NCBI GenBank assembly: GCA_008632985.1
Contig: QPGO01000048.1
Span: 186,001 to 250,000 of the forward strand
Length of the DNA stretch: 64,000 nucleotides
DNA from: Psammoneis japonica
Taxonomy: Eukaryota
Direction: 5' to 3'
The position numbers and the translations under genes are program-made. This document shows positions 1-11,783 of this stretch, piece by piece; position 1 is the first letter of the stretch; every line of letters begins with the position of its first letter. A model generated the notes under the pieces. That model was not told where the DNA came from. It saw only the letters and a program-made list of their open reading frames with translations, and searched no databases.

Positions 1-999
1 GTATGTTTGCATAAAACTCGACTCTCCGCCGTTCTCTGATGGTCCCTTTACAACCCCAAACGAAAGATAGTGTAATAAACCTGCTGTAGTAATGGGACTA
101 AAAACGACGATTGTTTAGACACCTTATCTACCGCGTCAATGTCATCGTCGGATCCGGCGGTTTTTTGACAAGTTCTCCGTGTTGTCACCGCGGTGATGGT
201 CTGTACGATCATCCGGAGCGCGCCTGCCATGCCAGTTTGAAGTTACTTAAGGCCTGGGTCTCATAGCAGCTACACACCCTCATTTTCTTTTCATAAGAAG
301 CTGGCAAGGAGGGGGTTGCATGCGTGCTGGATGTCGATACCTCTGTAGTTAGCGAGCCATCCTTCACTGTAATGGTTCCGCGATATGGCATTGGAGGAGG
401 GGTGTCCCTTGCTGGCATGTCTGCAGATGACTAATGTCTACTCGCGAGCCAGAGAAGCACCCCATTGTCTATGCTAGTGCGGCGCAAAGTATTCGCTCCA
501 GATCTTCGACAAAGTCGCTTGTGGGTGCGTGAGTTGCACGAGCATCAAAAGGAGCTTGTGATTGATCATTTGTCCACGTCCTTTCGACCAGGATCCACGA
601 CAATTGAAAGAATTAGTGACTCTGCGAGGGACCGCCAGTCAAGAAACACAGTTGATAAAACCAGGCTGTTTTGAAACCGCTGCGATTCGATTTGTCAGAA
701 GTAGGAGTGGCGCGTTGCAACACATGCCTATCGTACTTCTACCACAACGGAAGTCTACGGAACAAGACTAATTGTTGAAAACGGAAAAAGCGAACGGCGT
801 CTGCGTTACACACATGCTTTTACGGTGCATTTCTGCCACATTGTACCTTCTAGAATCCTGTGGGATAGCCACACTCATAGACACCAGGACAAATCTAAGG
901 AGTGCCGGGCAGTTCCCCACGATGTGTGACGTGCTCCTTCTATGCTAACCAAAGAAAGGATGGCTACCCTCGGTGCAGCCACTGGGTGTTTTGTGGGCT

Positions 1000-3900
1000 T
1001 TGTTCTTTGACTTCAGTTCTACGCTGATGTCGATTGACCGACAGGAAACTTAGTGCAGTGGAACCCACACTGGAAACTAAGCAGCAATTCGAAGCCTCAA
1101 GAGATCATTCCAGCTTTTACAATGAACATCTCGTTTAGTGATCACAATGTCTGTTGTTGTTTTTTTGGTCATCGGTGCCCTCAGATGCACCCAGAGCTGC
1201 AGCACCGCCTTGTGGAAACACTGGTTGTAACAGTCACAACATTTCGGTTTCAAACTAGCTGGCACAAACTAGACTACAGGACGAATGAACTGCCATGACC
1301 CCTGCCCCCCCCACCCCCCTGGCAGCTTCTTGCCCCACGGATGTGTGAAATCGGCAACAACAACGTTCAGACAAGCGCTCACCAAGACACCGCAGCCAAA
1401 CTGTTGGAACATTTACTTGCATCTACGCTTTGGGTTTGGATTTGGTTGGAGGAGAGTGCTTCTGTTTTGTCATGTGGCTTTGCAGAGAAAGACCATGATG
1501 CATGATGCTGGCCTTGATTGCGTTGTTTGTGAGCGTCATTTTTTCACGTCCATCTTTGGCAGATCTGCACTGGCTGGCAGCTTTGCGTGCATTGCGTTGC
1601 CCTGCACGACATTTCAATCATGGAGTGATGAGGTGGCAGGACAACTTGAGCTTTGGTTCACCACTTGGCTCAGCAGAAATCAGTTGCCCTGAGACATGTT
1701 GCTCAGCAAATGATGGCTTGGTTTGCCAACTGCTGCTGTTTGCTTGTGGCGGTTCTCCTCCTGTCTTCCTTCATCACATGGCAAAAAAAGGCAAGTCTCA
1801 TCAAATTCCCTGGTCTCAGATTCTCAACTGCATCTGCCACCTCCCACTGCTTTCTTCATAATTTCCAGGTGCACATGTGCTCTTTGTGCTCCAGTGCATG
1901 ATGCCTGCAATGGCTTGGGCTGTTGACTGGGGTGTGGTCATGATCTGTGCTCATGACCTGGCTTCGAAACTCAATGAGCAGCAATCCCTGCAGTGGTTTG
2001 GTGAAACAGCTGGCAGGCACCATGCACCTGAGTTGGGCAGCACTTGATTGACAAGTCTTGAAATCTCTCATGCCAAGTTTGCGCCAAGTCAAACTGACTT
2101 TGGCGGGGCTGGCACCAAAACTCCTCATCATTTCTTTTGTCAATCTTTTGCCAAGTGTGTCATGTTCTTCTCATTGTTGTGGTTGTGGGTGATCAACTTG
2201 ATTCTTGTCCACCACAGTTCAATGGTCTTGAATCGTTTCACAGCACATTGGCAAAACTGTTGTCAGCTTCTGCTGCTTGCTGTGCTGACCCCAAATTGGT
2301 GTGTGCATCTTTTGCACATTGTGTTGGTGCTTTTTTTGGCCCAGATGGTCAGCCAACACCCACTTTTGTCTTTCATTGAAGCCAACACCCACAGGCTTCT
2401 ATTTTGTAAAGTCAACTTTCTCAAGTTGTCCAGTGGTTGCTTTCACACGCAAATGCTGGAGTTGAAGTGTTGCCCCTCAAAGTTGGCAATTTCTTGAGTT
2501 GTTTTTACAAAGGCCTCAGCTTGCTGCCATTTGCTTCCTGTCTGTCACACACAAAGTTGCGCAGCTCTTTTTTTGGTGGCTTGTTGAGCTGCTGCTTGTC
2601 ACAACTTCTGCACCTGCTCTTTGGGCTTGAAGTGCACCAATCATTTGCATCATGACCATCAGTTTGTCTCTTTTTCATTGGTGCTTCTAAATTCTTTTGG
2701 AACATGGCAGCAAATGATGCAAGCAATGCCATCACCAGCAATGCCATCTGTTTGTTTCACTCTTCATTCAAAATGCCTGTCTTTGATGTGTGAGGTTCAT
2801 TTTTGAGCTTGAGTTCAATTCGACACAACTCCAGCAAGACTCATGCTGAGAAATGAGCTCTTGTCTGACAACCAATGAATTTCTCAAGATGAAGAACAAA
2901 GATTTGATTTTGGGTTTGCTCTGTGCAGCAAGCTGACCCATTGTGTCCAAAAGACTCTCTTCTGGGATTTGCTTTGCAGTTTTTTGCTAATTTGGCAATG
3001 CCAACTCATCCTCCAGTTCACGCCACCACAATCAGCAAGGATGATGCGTGCAACCCTCTGTTGTTGTTGTGGTGCTCGACTTTCTAAAACTGCGCAGTGC
3101 AGCTCCTGAGTGAGGATGTCATCAGCTGATGACCCAAGTCCCCAGTGTTTGCAGCCAGTGTCTTTTCAATGGTGGCAACAGGGCAGCTGGTTCAAGATCA
3201 CTCAGCGTCAGCTCTTTGTCTCATGTGCAAGCAATGAATTACACTGGAAAACAAACCTGGGAGCTGTTGCACACCAGCAAAATGAGCCTCTCACACCTTT
3301 GTGACAATTGCTGCAGCTTGGATCATCACAGAAATGGAGTGAGTTGTGAGCAGCTTGTGCTTGGGCACAAAGAGTGCTCATGCTCAGAAGTCATGAGAAG
3401 AAAGCAATGGGAGACAATGGAACCAGCAAAGAATTCTTGGCAACCAAGAAATTTGATGAGATGCACTCAAGGGGAAATGGTGCCAAAGATGTCACAACCA
3501 GAGCTGCGCACAATTGGGAATTGTAAAATGAGAACAATGACAATGAGAGTGGTCTTGATGTAGGCAAAAAACAAGGAGACCAGTGAGGTGAAGGAGCAAG
3601 CAAGACAAGTGGGGTCAGCTTGCTCTGAAAGAACTTTTGATTCTTGTGATTCAGGTGCTGGCCAGAAAGAGTTGATTCTCACTGCTTGGCAGCACAGAAG
3701 CTTTAGATGACAGGCCAATCTGAGATCTGTGATGGAAACAGGAAACAATCCATTTGGAAGCTGTTGGCATGCATGTTGATCTTGCCAAAATGAGAGTGCC
3801 ATGACCAGCAGACTGAGCACTCTCTTTGTTGAAGCAATGGTTTGTGCCAGTGCATGCTGTGAGAGACAGTGATCAGATGGCTTCATTTTTTAAAACAAAG

Positions 3901-4700
3901 TGATGAGCAAGGCAGTGATCATGATGACAAAGAAGGCTCTGGTTGGAAACAAAACAAAGCTGAGCTCAAGTGCTGCCACCTGCAGATGTGAACACATGGA
4001 ACTCTGGTGACAGTGCGCACACATGTGCAACCCTCATTGCTGCTGCTGCTGTTGGCACTTTTAAAGGTGAGGGGAAAGGGGAGTCTTGGTCATTCTTGTG
4101 ACAAACATGCACATTTAGTGCAACAAAACCTCAACAGTTTTGATTGCAACTTGTCTTGCACAACCAAGGGGTCATGACTGCCAATGAACAAGAAATCCAC
4201 AAGTGATGCTCTTGGACTTTTTTCTTAAGTCTGCTGATGATGAACCCAACATTTTTCCTTGTGATGCTGCAGCTGAAGGAGATGGAATGCGATGCCCGAT
4301 GCATGCCAACGGTCGCAGCACCCATCGCATCAATTGTGTGATGTGAATCAACAAATTACTCTCTTTAGAGCTCAATGGTGGAACCAGTTCAACGCTGGGA
4401 AACCTTGATGCAATGGGAAAGGAAGACAACGAAACGACATCACACAAGATCTCAGAGCATGAATCCCATGCACCAGAGCGGTGCCAATTTCCAAGCCATT
4501 CCGCACAGCCACCATGGGTGGCTTGTCGAAAAACACCTTCGCCACACTTGCCGAGTCGGCAACCGTGAGAAGAAGCAAAGTGGCAAAGACAAAAGGAAGA
4601 GTGGCGAGACTGAAGGTAATGGCAACAGCAAAGAGCATGCTAAAGTCGATGATTTATTGGCGCCAACGGGTCTTCCCCAAACGATTCGATCAGTCAAAGC
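1000..4700. repeat. TpA/CpG-depleted degenerate (probably transposon-derived) domain 1; family not identifiable
   Basis: Very few TA and CG in the core (~1430-4340) with excess TG/CA. The ORF track shows only short, overlapping, Tyr-poor, Cys/His/Gln-rich ORFs. Boundaries are approximate. Confidence 0.6.
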
Positions 4701-4943
4701 AGCTGTGATGAGAGTATCTCGCAACCCCGTGAGATGGTCTTGGAAGCTTGGGAAGACCCGTTTGACAATGACGACTAGTGGCAGTTACAAGGGAAGCCTA
4801 AATAACGGCAGCAGCTTCGGCGCCTGTCATGGCAGCAGGGAAGGACGCCAATTTTTACCCAGTTTATAGACGTAAACAAGAGTCGGAAAAATGGAAGGGC
4901 ATAACTTTGAGAAGCAACTGCTAGAACTGAGTCAACGAGTCAT

Positions 4944-6317
4944 TCATGACAAAATACCGCGCTCAATGTCCCAAACGTCGCCTTTGGGGCCCTTTCGCTT
5001 CGCAACAACGGCATCAATGGCCTCACGCTCCGCTGCCGAAAGTTTGAAGGTGTGTGTCAGACAGTTCTCAATGATGTGGTCCTTGTTACGAACACCAATA
5101 ATGATGGCAGCGACAGCGGGAGTTTCAAGTACATATCGCTGCGCAATGTTAGATATGTTGGCATCTTTGCAACGACCATCTGCTCGAACCTCGGCGGCTA
5201 TAGCTTTCATGGTTTCGAGAAGCTCTTGCACCAACTTCCAGTCCCCGAAGCGAGATGCCGTGCTACTGTACATTCTCATGCTGGCTGTGCTTATCTCCTC
5301 CTGTGTTGGCGCGGCCTTACCCATGTATCTATCGCTTAGAATGCCACTCCCCACTGTACCGAACGCGATTAGACTGACTTTGTTTTCAGCACACCAATCA
5401 GTCATTCCACTTTGGACAGGTCGTCGATCAAGAGCTGAACACTGAACCTGGTGTGATACAATAGGGACATCTGCTTCTTTCAGCTCCCTCAGACGCTTTA
5501 AATCAAAGTTCGTGGCACCGATTTCTTGAATCAATCCTTCGTCTTTCAGCTCGGTGAGGTAAAGTGCTACGTCAACATAGCGTTTCACGTCATAGTTGCC
5601 CCAGAAGAATTGTACAAGCGGAATTTTCGAAATCTGAAGTCGTTCACATGCCTACAACACAACAGTCGTCAATGACAATGGAAAATGGAGGTTTAGTTCC
5701 CCCACAGTAAGAACCGACTGAAATGGTGTGCGGTCTCTCAAGTTTCTTCTTCTCACCTGTTCGACTCGCAGCCGCACTTCGTCTCGATTTATTTCTTCCA
5801 GGTATCGAAAGCAACAAAACTTAGTGCAGGGTATTGCTTTTGGCTGAGTACGAACATATTTGCCCACAATCAATTCACTAGGTCCGTATATATCTGCAGT
5901 GTCGAGGGTGGTAACTCCTTCATTGAAATGTGCCTCAAAATTCGAAAGAGCGTCATTTTCGCGATAGCGACCATGCCCTCCAGCAAGTTGCCAACATCCT
6001 TGAATGGTTCGTGACACTTCAAGGGTACTTTCTCCTAATCGAACGGTTGGTATTTTTGAAGTGATCGCAGCGGAAGTTGCACCCGCCTCAGAACGCGTGC
6101 CAAGCACGGCAGACGTTGCAGCTCCGCCGATGAGGATTCGTTTGGCTGAAGACAACGCCTCACGCCGGTTGATATCTGAAGGCCTCAGCATATTATCATC
6201 ATAGCGAATGGCATCAACACTACTCGTTCGTGGCTGAAATTTTGGATGAGTATCAGAAACAAATCCACAAGCTCTACTCTCGATTGTCGCCGCAACAAGC
6301 AGAGCAAGAAGGTACAT
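4944..6317 (-). CDS. Aldo/keto reductase family protein, probably plastid-targeted; 2 exons (6317-5757, 5651-4944)
   Basis: AKR motifs GCWQLAGGHG, TTLDTADIYGPSE, IGATNFD, VSHQVQCSALDRR. GT-AG intron 5756-5652 joins RVEQ|ACERLQ in frame. Hydrophobic N-terminus ending ACGF resembles a diatom bipartite presequence. Confidence 0.88.
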
Positions 6318-6752
6318 ATCTCTGTGCAATGTCACCAAGCGTCGTATTTTTCAATCCTTCTGTGTTCAGCCCTTCTGTCTTGAAGGACGAAGTCCAATAT
6401 GATCGATGCGCAAGATGTGTCGGGTAGAGACTAGCGACATACAATGGGGATACAAGATGATGCACAGCACCTCATTGCGTGTATCATTCCGCACAGTCGG
6501 CACAGTGCACATCACAGAGTAGTGGCAGCGCGCTCCACAGGCGGCAGCAGCCGCGCAGGCGCAGCCAACATCGCGTTGCGTTCGCTGGGTCTGAGATCGC
6601 TTGGTGGCAGAGTGATGTGAGGAACTGCTGCAAGAATTACTTAAAGAATAGAATTCTCGTAGTTTATATCTACTCTACCGTACAAGTAGATAGAAGCAAT
6701 AGCCAATAGGTAGCTCCGTCCGCCATAGCTTCTACTGGTACCGATAGCAGCG

Positions 6753-7718
6753 CTAAGTCTTCTTTGCAAAGTGAGCGGCTGGCGCACCGCGACCACCTCT
6801 CCTGTTTGATCTGACTCGTGAGGATGCCAACCGATTCATCTTTTTGGACCTCTTCCAACCATGTTCGTCTTTTCTTTTCGTCTTGCTTGACCCCTTACTT
6901 GGTGTACTATTATTGGTTGGCTGTTCATCACCTGCAACGAGCCTGCTTCGGGACAATGAAAGTGCTACTTTGGAAGGCTTTGTTCCCATTCTCGCCTCCG
7001 CTTTACGGAACCTCTCACTTTTTAAACCACGTGAGTCCGTGTCCTCTCCAGCGTTTGTACCAAGAATGACGAGTTCAATGTTGTGGTCAGCTGCAACGTG
7101 TGCGGCATCGTCGTCAATGGCTGACACAAAGGTAGTATGACGACCAGTAGGTTGAGGGATTTGATTCCTTCCTCGCAATTTTTGACGTTTGGTAGAAATT
7201 TCTGCATCTACCTCGGAAAAGAAGTCTTCGTCAAACTCGTCTTCGTCGTTATCATCGTTCGCCTCGACGGGACTATCTTCACTGGCTTCAACCGGTTTCT
7301 TTCTCTTCTTTGTTTTGTAGGAATGAAGCTTTTGAGATTTGATAGTCTCGCGTTCTATTGCCCGCTGTTGCATTGCCTGTTTTCGCGCAACATTACTCTG
7401 GACTTCTTCCACTGCACTATCATCGTCACTCTCAGATCCCGAATTATCGTTTTCTGACTGTGCGGAATCTGACTTATTTACCTCGCGATCGATTCTCCCA
7501 GTGTCAAGCTCTTCATCGTCGTTTTCGCCAAACACAACGCGATTGCTCGATATCGACTTGGGCTTCGAAGATATAGAGAGACCAACTCCCAAAGTTCGTG
7601 ATCTGAGACCCTCTCTCGCCTTTCGACGAAGCTCTCGCGGGGACGGTTTCACTCTCTTCTTTTCGTCAATGTCTGACGCCAAGCCGCCCTCGATTTCATG
7701 GTTTTCTACCGGTGACAT
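6753..7718 (-). CDS. Uncharacterised highly charged, probably nuclear/nucleolar protein
   Basis: Uninterrupted 321-aa ORF with acidic tracts (SESDDDSAVEE, DDNDEDEFDEDFF) and basic NLS-like tracts (KTKKRKK). Normal coding composition. Only loose resemblance to U3-associated Bud21-like proteins. Confidence 0.7.
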   Translation of the reverse strand: MSPVENHEIEGGLASDIDEKKRVKPSPRELRRKAREGLRSRTLGVGLSISSKPKSISSNRVVFGENDDEELDTGRIDREVNKSDSAQSENDNSGSESDDDSAVEEVQSNVARKQAMQQRAIERETIKSQKLHSYKTKKRKKPVEASEDSPVEANDDNDEDEFDEDFFSEVDAEISTKRQKLRGRNQIPQPTGRHTTFVSAIDDDAAHVAADHNIELVILGTNAGEDTDSRGLKSERFRKAEARMGTKPSKVALSLSRSRLVAGDEQPTNNSTPSKGSSKTKRKDEHGWKRSKKMNRLASSRVRSNRRGGRGAPAAHFAKKT

Positions 7719-9774
7719 TTTCCAAGTAGTGTTAATAAAACCGATAAATGTCGATCAGCAAGTACTGTAGCTTCATTGAACGGTGGTGTTGCTTTGTCTC
7801 TCTGCCTGCAACGACAACATTCTGCAACCTCCTGCTCGCTCCAAGCTCAGAACTTTTTTGTGGCGCGCTTCACATGTCTCATAACCCATAATTGCGCCTC
7901 GCGCGAAAAAGCGGGATTAAATAAATGTAATAAAATATGTACATGCATGTATGTATCTAAAAAATACGATGACGTCGACAGATAAATATAGTATCAGGAT
8001 GCTAATATAATTTAATAATATTAAAGTCGTTGGTGCAGGCAGACTCCTCACAAAACATCCAAATTTTGTTTCGCACAAAGTTTTGGCGTTTCAAAATGGC
8101 GGTCAAGTCAAACCGACTGACTTCGCTCAACGTTTATCATTTATAACCACATGGATTGATGGTGCCTAAGTCTTATATGTTAGAGGGTGAGTCCTCTCGA
8201 GTTCTGGCAGCAAAATATCGGCGGTCATGGCTCTTTTCGAACATGGACCTGACGGGGATTGGTCTGTTACTGCTTTCCTCTGTGTATTTGGTTGGTTGCC
8301 AGTACCCTCGTTTGTTTCGTATTCGTTGACCCAAGCGTACAACCAACATGTAACTTGACGGATTGCTCATCTACAGTACGAGAACTCGATGAGAGCTGGA
8401 TTAGGGGGCGGAATGCATTCCGTAGTCTCTGTGACCACCGACGGGGCAATTGTCTTGACTCGTTCTCCAGCAACGTTCGCCGCTGTAACTTACATTACGC
8501 TTTTCTTCTTCACAATTAGATGAGAATGGCGATGATAATAATTGGAATCTACGTGATCGGCACAGTGCATCCACTTTTGAAGTTGGCTACGGTTGATTTG
8601 AAGATGGTGGAGAGAGGGGAGATTCGCTATCGTTCGAGAGTCGTTAGAGAGGGAAAGAGATGTGGGAAAGCGTGGAAAATCAAGAGAGATACCAAACACA
8701 TGGCTAACGAAAGAGTCAAAAGCAGAAGACAAAGAGATTGCAGTTAGAAGTGAAGACGAGGCAAGAAGATGAAGACGGCGGCTTGGGAATGCACTGGCTC
8801 CTGATTGCTTTACTAGTTCCAGATGAACACCTTCAAACGAGTTTGACCAGCTACCCAAGCTGATTCCGTGGCTTGTTGAATGATCAAGGTCACGTTATTG
8901 GTTTCAGTAACGATCGGTAAGATTCGGGTGAGCAGCGAAATTCAAAAGAGTTTCGTGGCGCCTGCAGATCGGACACATGCACAACTCGTACCTATGTTCA
9001 GACAGCTAGCGCGGTTCAGCATGTGGAGATGTGGAAAGAATTGACGTTATCGTTGGCGCAATTTGTGGAATCCGTATCGATGAATGCCCAAGGCACTGAA
9101 CGTTACATGCGTGAACGGTAAGCCGGGTGAGCAGCGACATTCCATCCAGAATTTCGTGGCGTCTGCAGTTCAGAACAGTGTACGCACTACCAACACGTAC
9201 CTACATTCAAACGTTACGGATTGTACAAAACTCGAAATGGCAAATCAGCGAGACATGGAACTGCCAAGCAATCATGAGCCAGGTGCAGCGGGTGGGGACT
9301 CAAGTGTAGCGCGGGTGGAGGGTGGATGGGGATTCGAGATCACGCTGATGGATGCTGGCTTGTGCATCGCCAAACGGGCCGAGAAGAAGCTCACAATCCA
9401 AGTCTCTTGTGATACGATAAACTAAATATGGAATAGGCGCCCCACACATCTTGGGGAATAGCCGGCTACGGCCAAAGAGGGAGTGCTAGCACCTTAGGTT
9501 ATCTGGATTGTCGACAAGTCTGAAAAGGCGATGGCGGGCACAAGAGGTTTAAACCCCAAGAGCGTCTAGAGTTACGATACGAAGAAAAAGCTACCGTGAC
9601 TCCCCAAATCGAGGAATTGCTGGCGACATTAGCAGTCGACGTATTGCTTGTACAGTAGCTCCTTCTTGCTACTGTACGGTATGATTCTTACAAGTCCCAT
9701 CGTCTTGGAGCGAACGAAGGGAAACAACTGAATCTAGTAAACTGTCAACGTATTTTCTTTCGAGCTACTACTCT

Positions 9775-10579
9775 TTACTGGAAAAGGAAAGACACCGTTT
9801 TGTTGGTGAGCTTGTGGTAAACAGCAGCAAAGGTATCAGTCCTGCTCTCGACGTTTGCCTGGTCTTTGCTATCGAGATACACCTTGACAACTCTCTTTCC
9901 ATCGACCTTGACCCGAGTCCTCTTTCCGACAATTTCGGTGGGGTAGACCAGATCATCAAGAATAGCATCTTGCACAGCAGTAAGGGTGCGAGAGCGCGGG
10001 CGGGGTCCCTTGGTCTTCTGGCTGCGTGTGTAAGACTTGCCGAGGATGGTGCGCTGGGCAACAATCAAAACGTGACGACCAGAAAACTTCTTCTCAAGCT
10101 CTCGAACGAGTCGTTGCTGAATCTTGTGAAAAGATTTGATGAGTTTGTATGGGACGTAGATAATAATGGCTTTGCGTCCGCCCCCGCAGTCAACCTCCTT
10201 GGCGGCTGTGATAAACAGATCGCGCAAATGCGATTTGAGCTCCGTAGAGGTCATCTCGAGGTTGAAAAGCTCTGTGGCAACGGAGGCCTCGAACTCATCA
10301 GGTTCCTGTTGAACAAGAGATTTATGACGAATCAGCAGTACTGTTAGTTTGACGTCATTTCTGGTGGATCAATCGATGAGTTTCGTGCCGGTATTTTCAT
10401 GCACGAGTCTCATAACCGGAAAGCACAACAACATGATCATGTTCTCGATTCTCGACTCGCAACGGGTTGAATGGAACGCTATTGATTCATCTTCAAGTAA
10501 ATATGTTTAACATCACGACTCTTATCAACGCATCCACAAAACTCACACCGCTGCTCTTTCTGATCTTCTGAAGGCTCAT
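9775..10579 (-). CDS. RPS7: 40S ribosomal protein S7 (eS7); 2 exons (10579-10547, 10305-9775)
   Basis: [43 protein letters not shown]. Exon 1 [17 protein letters not shown] joins via ...AACAG to EPDEFE. Confidence 0.96.
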
Positions 10580-10945
10580 CTTGACCTGCAACGTCGTGTT
10601 GATCTGCCACACAAGGTCGCAACCTGCAAAACACTCTGTGTGCCGCCACTTGATCAACTCGATCTTACAGCTGGGTGCCGTACTACAGCTGTACATACGA
10701 CAGATTTCTCGCGGTTCTCGCCCACGTAACCTGCAGTAGTTTTTCTACGGAAAATACATTCCAAGTACACCGGTAACTTGCACAGTCAGTCTGTGTGATC
10801 GGGAATGCTCGCACACCCGCAGGATTTGGAAAGCCACGCAGACAAACCCACTCCACACCACCATGATGAACATGAAGTAGTGATTGCCGGTGCCGCAGAA
10901 GGCATTACAGGGTTTGCCATTGCCTAATATTGACACAAACTTAGT

Positions 10946-11728
10946 ATGGCATGGAGAATATCTAGACGACTTATGAATCGAAATACCGACGCTGGTCGAT
11001 CTGCAACAAGTTACATCGATCAATGGCATTTGTCCACGGTCAAGCCTGCATCTTTTTACGAGGAACAAGCAGCACCTGGCCTCCGACGAAAAAGCTATTT
11101 TTACAGCGTTGACTTGCAGGGAAGAGTCTTTCTAGAAGAAACGATTCCAAAGAACCTAGCTACGTCAATAAAGAACCACCAATTTCTAGACTTTTTCTTT
11201 CGGCGGATGCGAAGGTTGAAGCCGCGTGAACATGAATTACTTCGTGCAATCCAGGCAGATGGTGACTATCCTTTTGTTTCTCCCTGTGGACCAGAGCTTA
11301 ATTTTGTCAGACCCGCGGATTCCGTGGTTGTATTCCACACAATTGTAAAAACTCAGGACAATGCAGAAGATATTTCTTCGTGGCGACTTGTGTTTGGAGG
11401 ATCCTTGTCGCAGCCGTTTAACCCGACGAAGATCGTCGTATCCAAAAAGAGTGGAAGGCTATACCACGAGCTCGTTTCTAAGGAGGATCATAAAGACAAA
11501 CTGTTGACCTCTCTGCACAGTTCTTTCACGTCAGAATACGGTCTGCTTCGATCCTCGGTAGCCGTTGCCTTATCCGATAATATTGTTGTGACTGATCGTG
11601 CTGCAACTGAAACTCATGCGGACATTGACTTGGAAGTCAGCGACGAAGCATATCCTATCCCATGGCTTCCCGAACATGCCGAACCTGGACCTTGGTCGAT
11701 GCCGATAGTAGATGAAACCGTAACATAG
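10946..11728 (+). CDS. DUF4505 / C8orf82 (UPF0598)-like protein
   Basis: Motifs YFYSVDLQGRVFL, FLDFFFRR, YPFVSPCGPELNFVRPAD match the family as I recall it. Arg-rich N-terminus suggests mitochondrial targeting. Confidence 0.75.
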   Translation: MAWRISRRLMNRNTDAGRSATSYIDQWHLSTVKPASFYEEQAAPGLRRKSYFYSVDLQGRVFLEETIPKNLATSIKNHQFLDFFFRRMRRLKPREHELLRAIQADGDYPFVSPCGPELNFVRPADSVVVFHTIVKTQDNAEDISSWRLVFGGSLSQPFNPTKIVVSKKSGRLYHELVSKEDHKDKLLTSLHSSFTSEYGLLRSSVAVALSDNIVVTDRAATETHADIDLEVSDEAYPIPWLPEHAEPGPWSMPIVDETVT

Positions 11729-11783
11729 ATTCTAGCAAGTAACATATCTTTGTTGTTCGAGGAGTTTTTGTTAGTTCACAGAT

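Noticed and set aside
1..1000. Short ORFs at the window start
   Set aside because: No recognisable motif and no consistent splice model.
8173..9425. Short ORFs between the charged protein and RPS7, including an ASAFP string
   Set aside because: Could not assemble a coherent gene, and the ASAFP lacks a preceding signal peptide.
10306..10546. Possible intronic snoRNA in the RPS7 intron
   Set aside because: No clean C box/D box pair with a terminal stem is visible.
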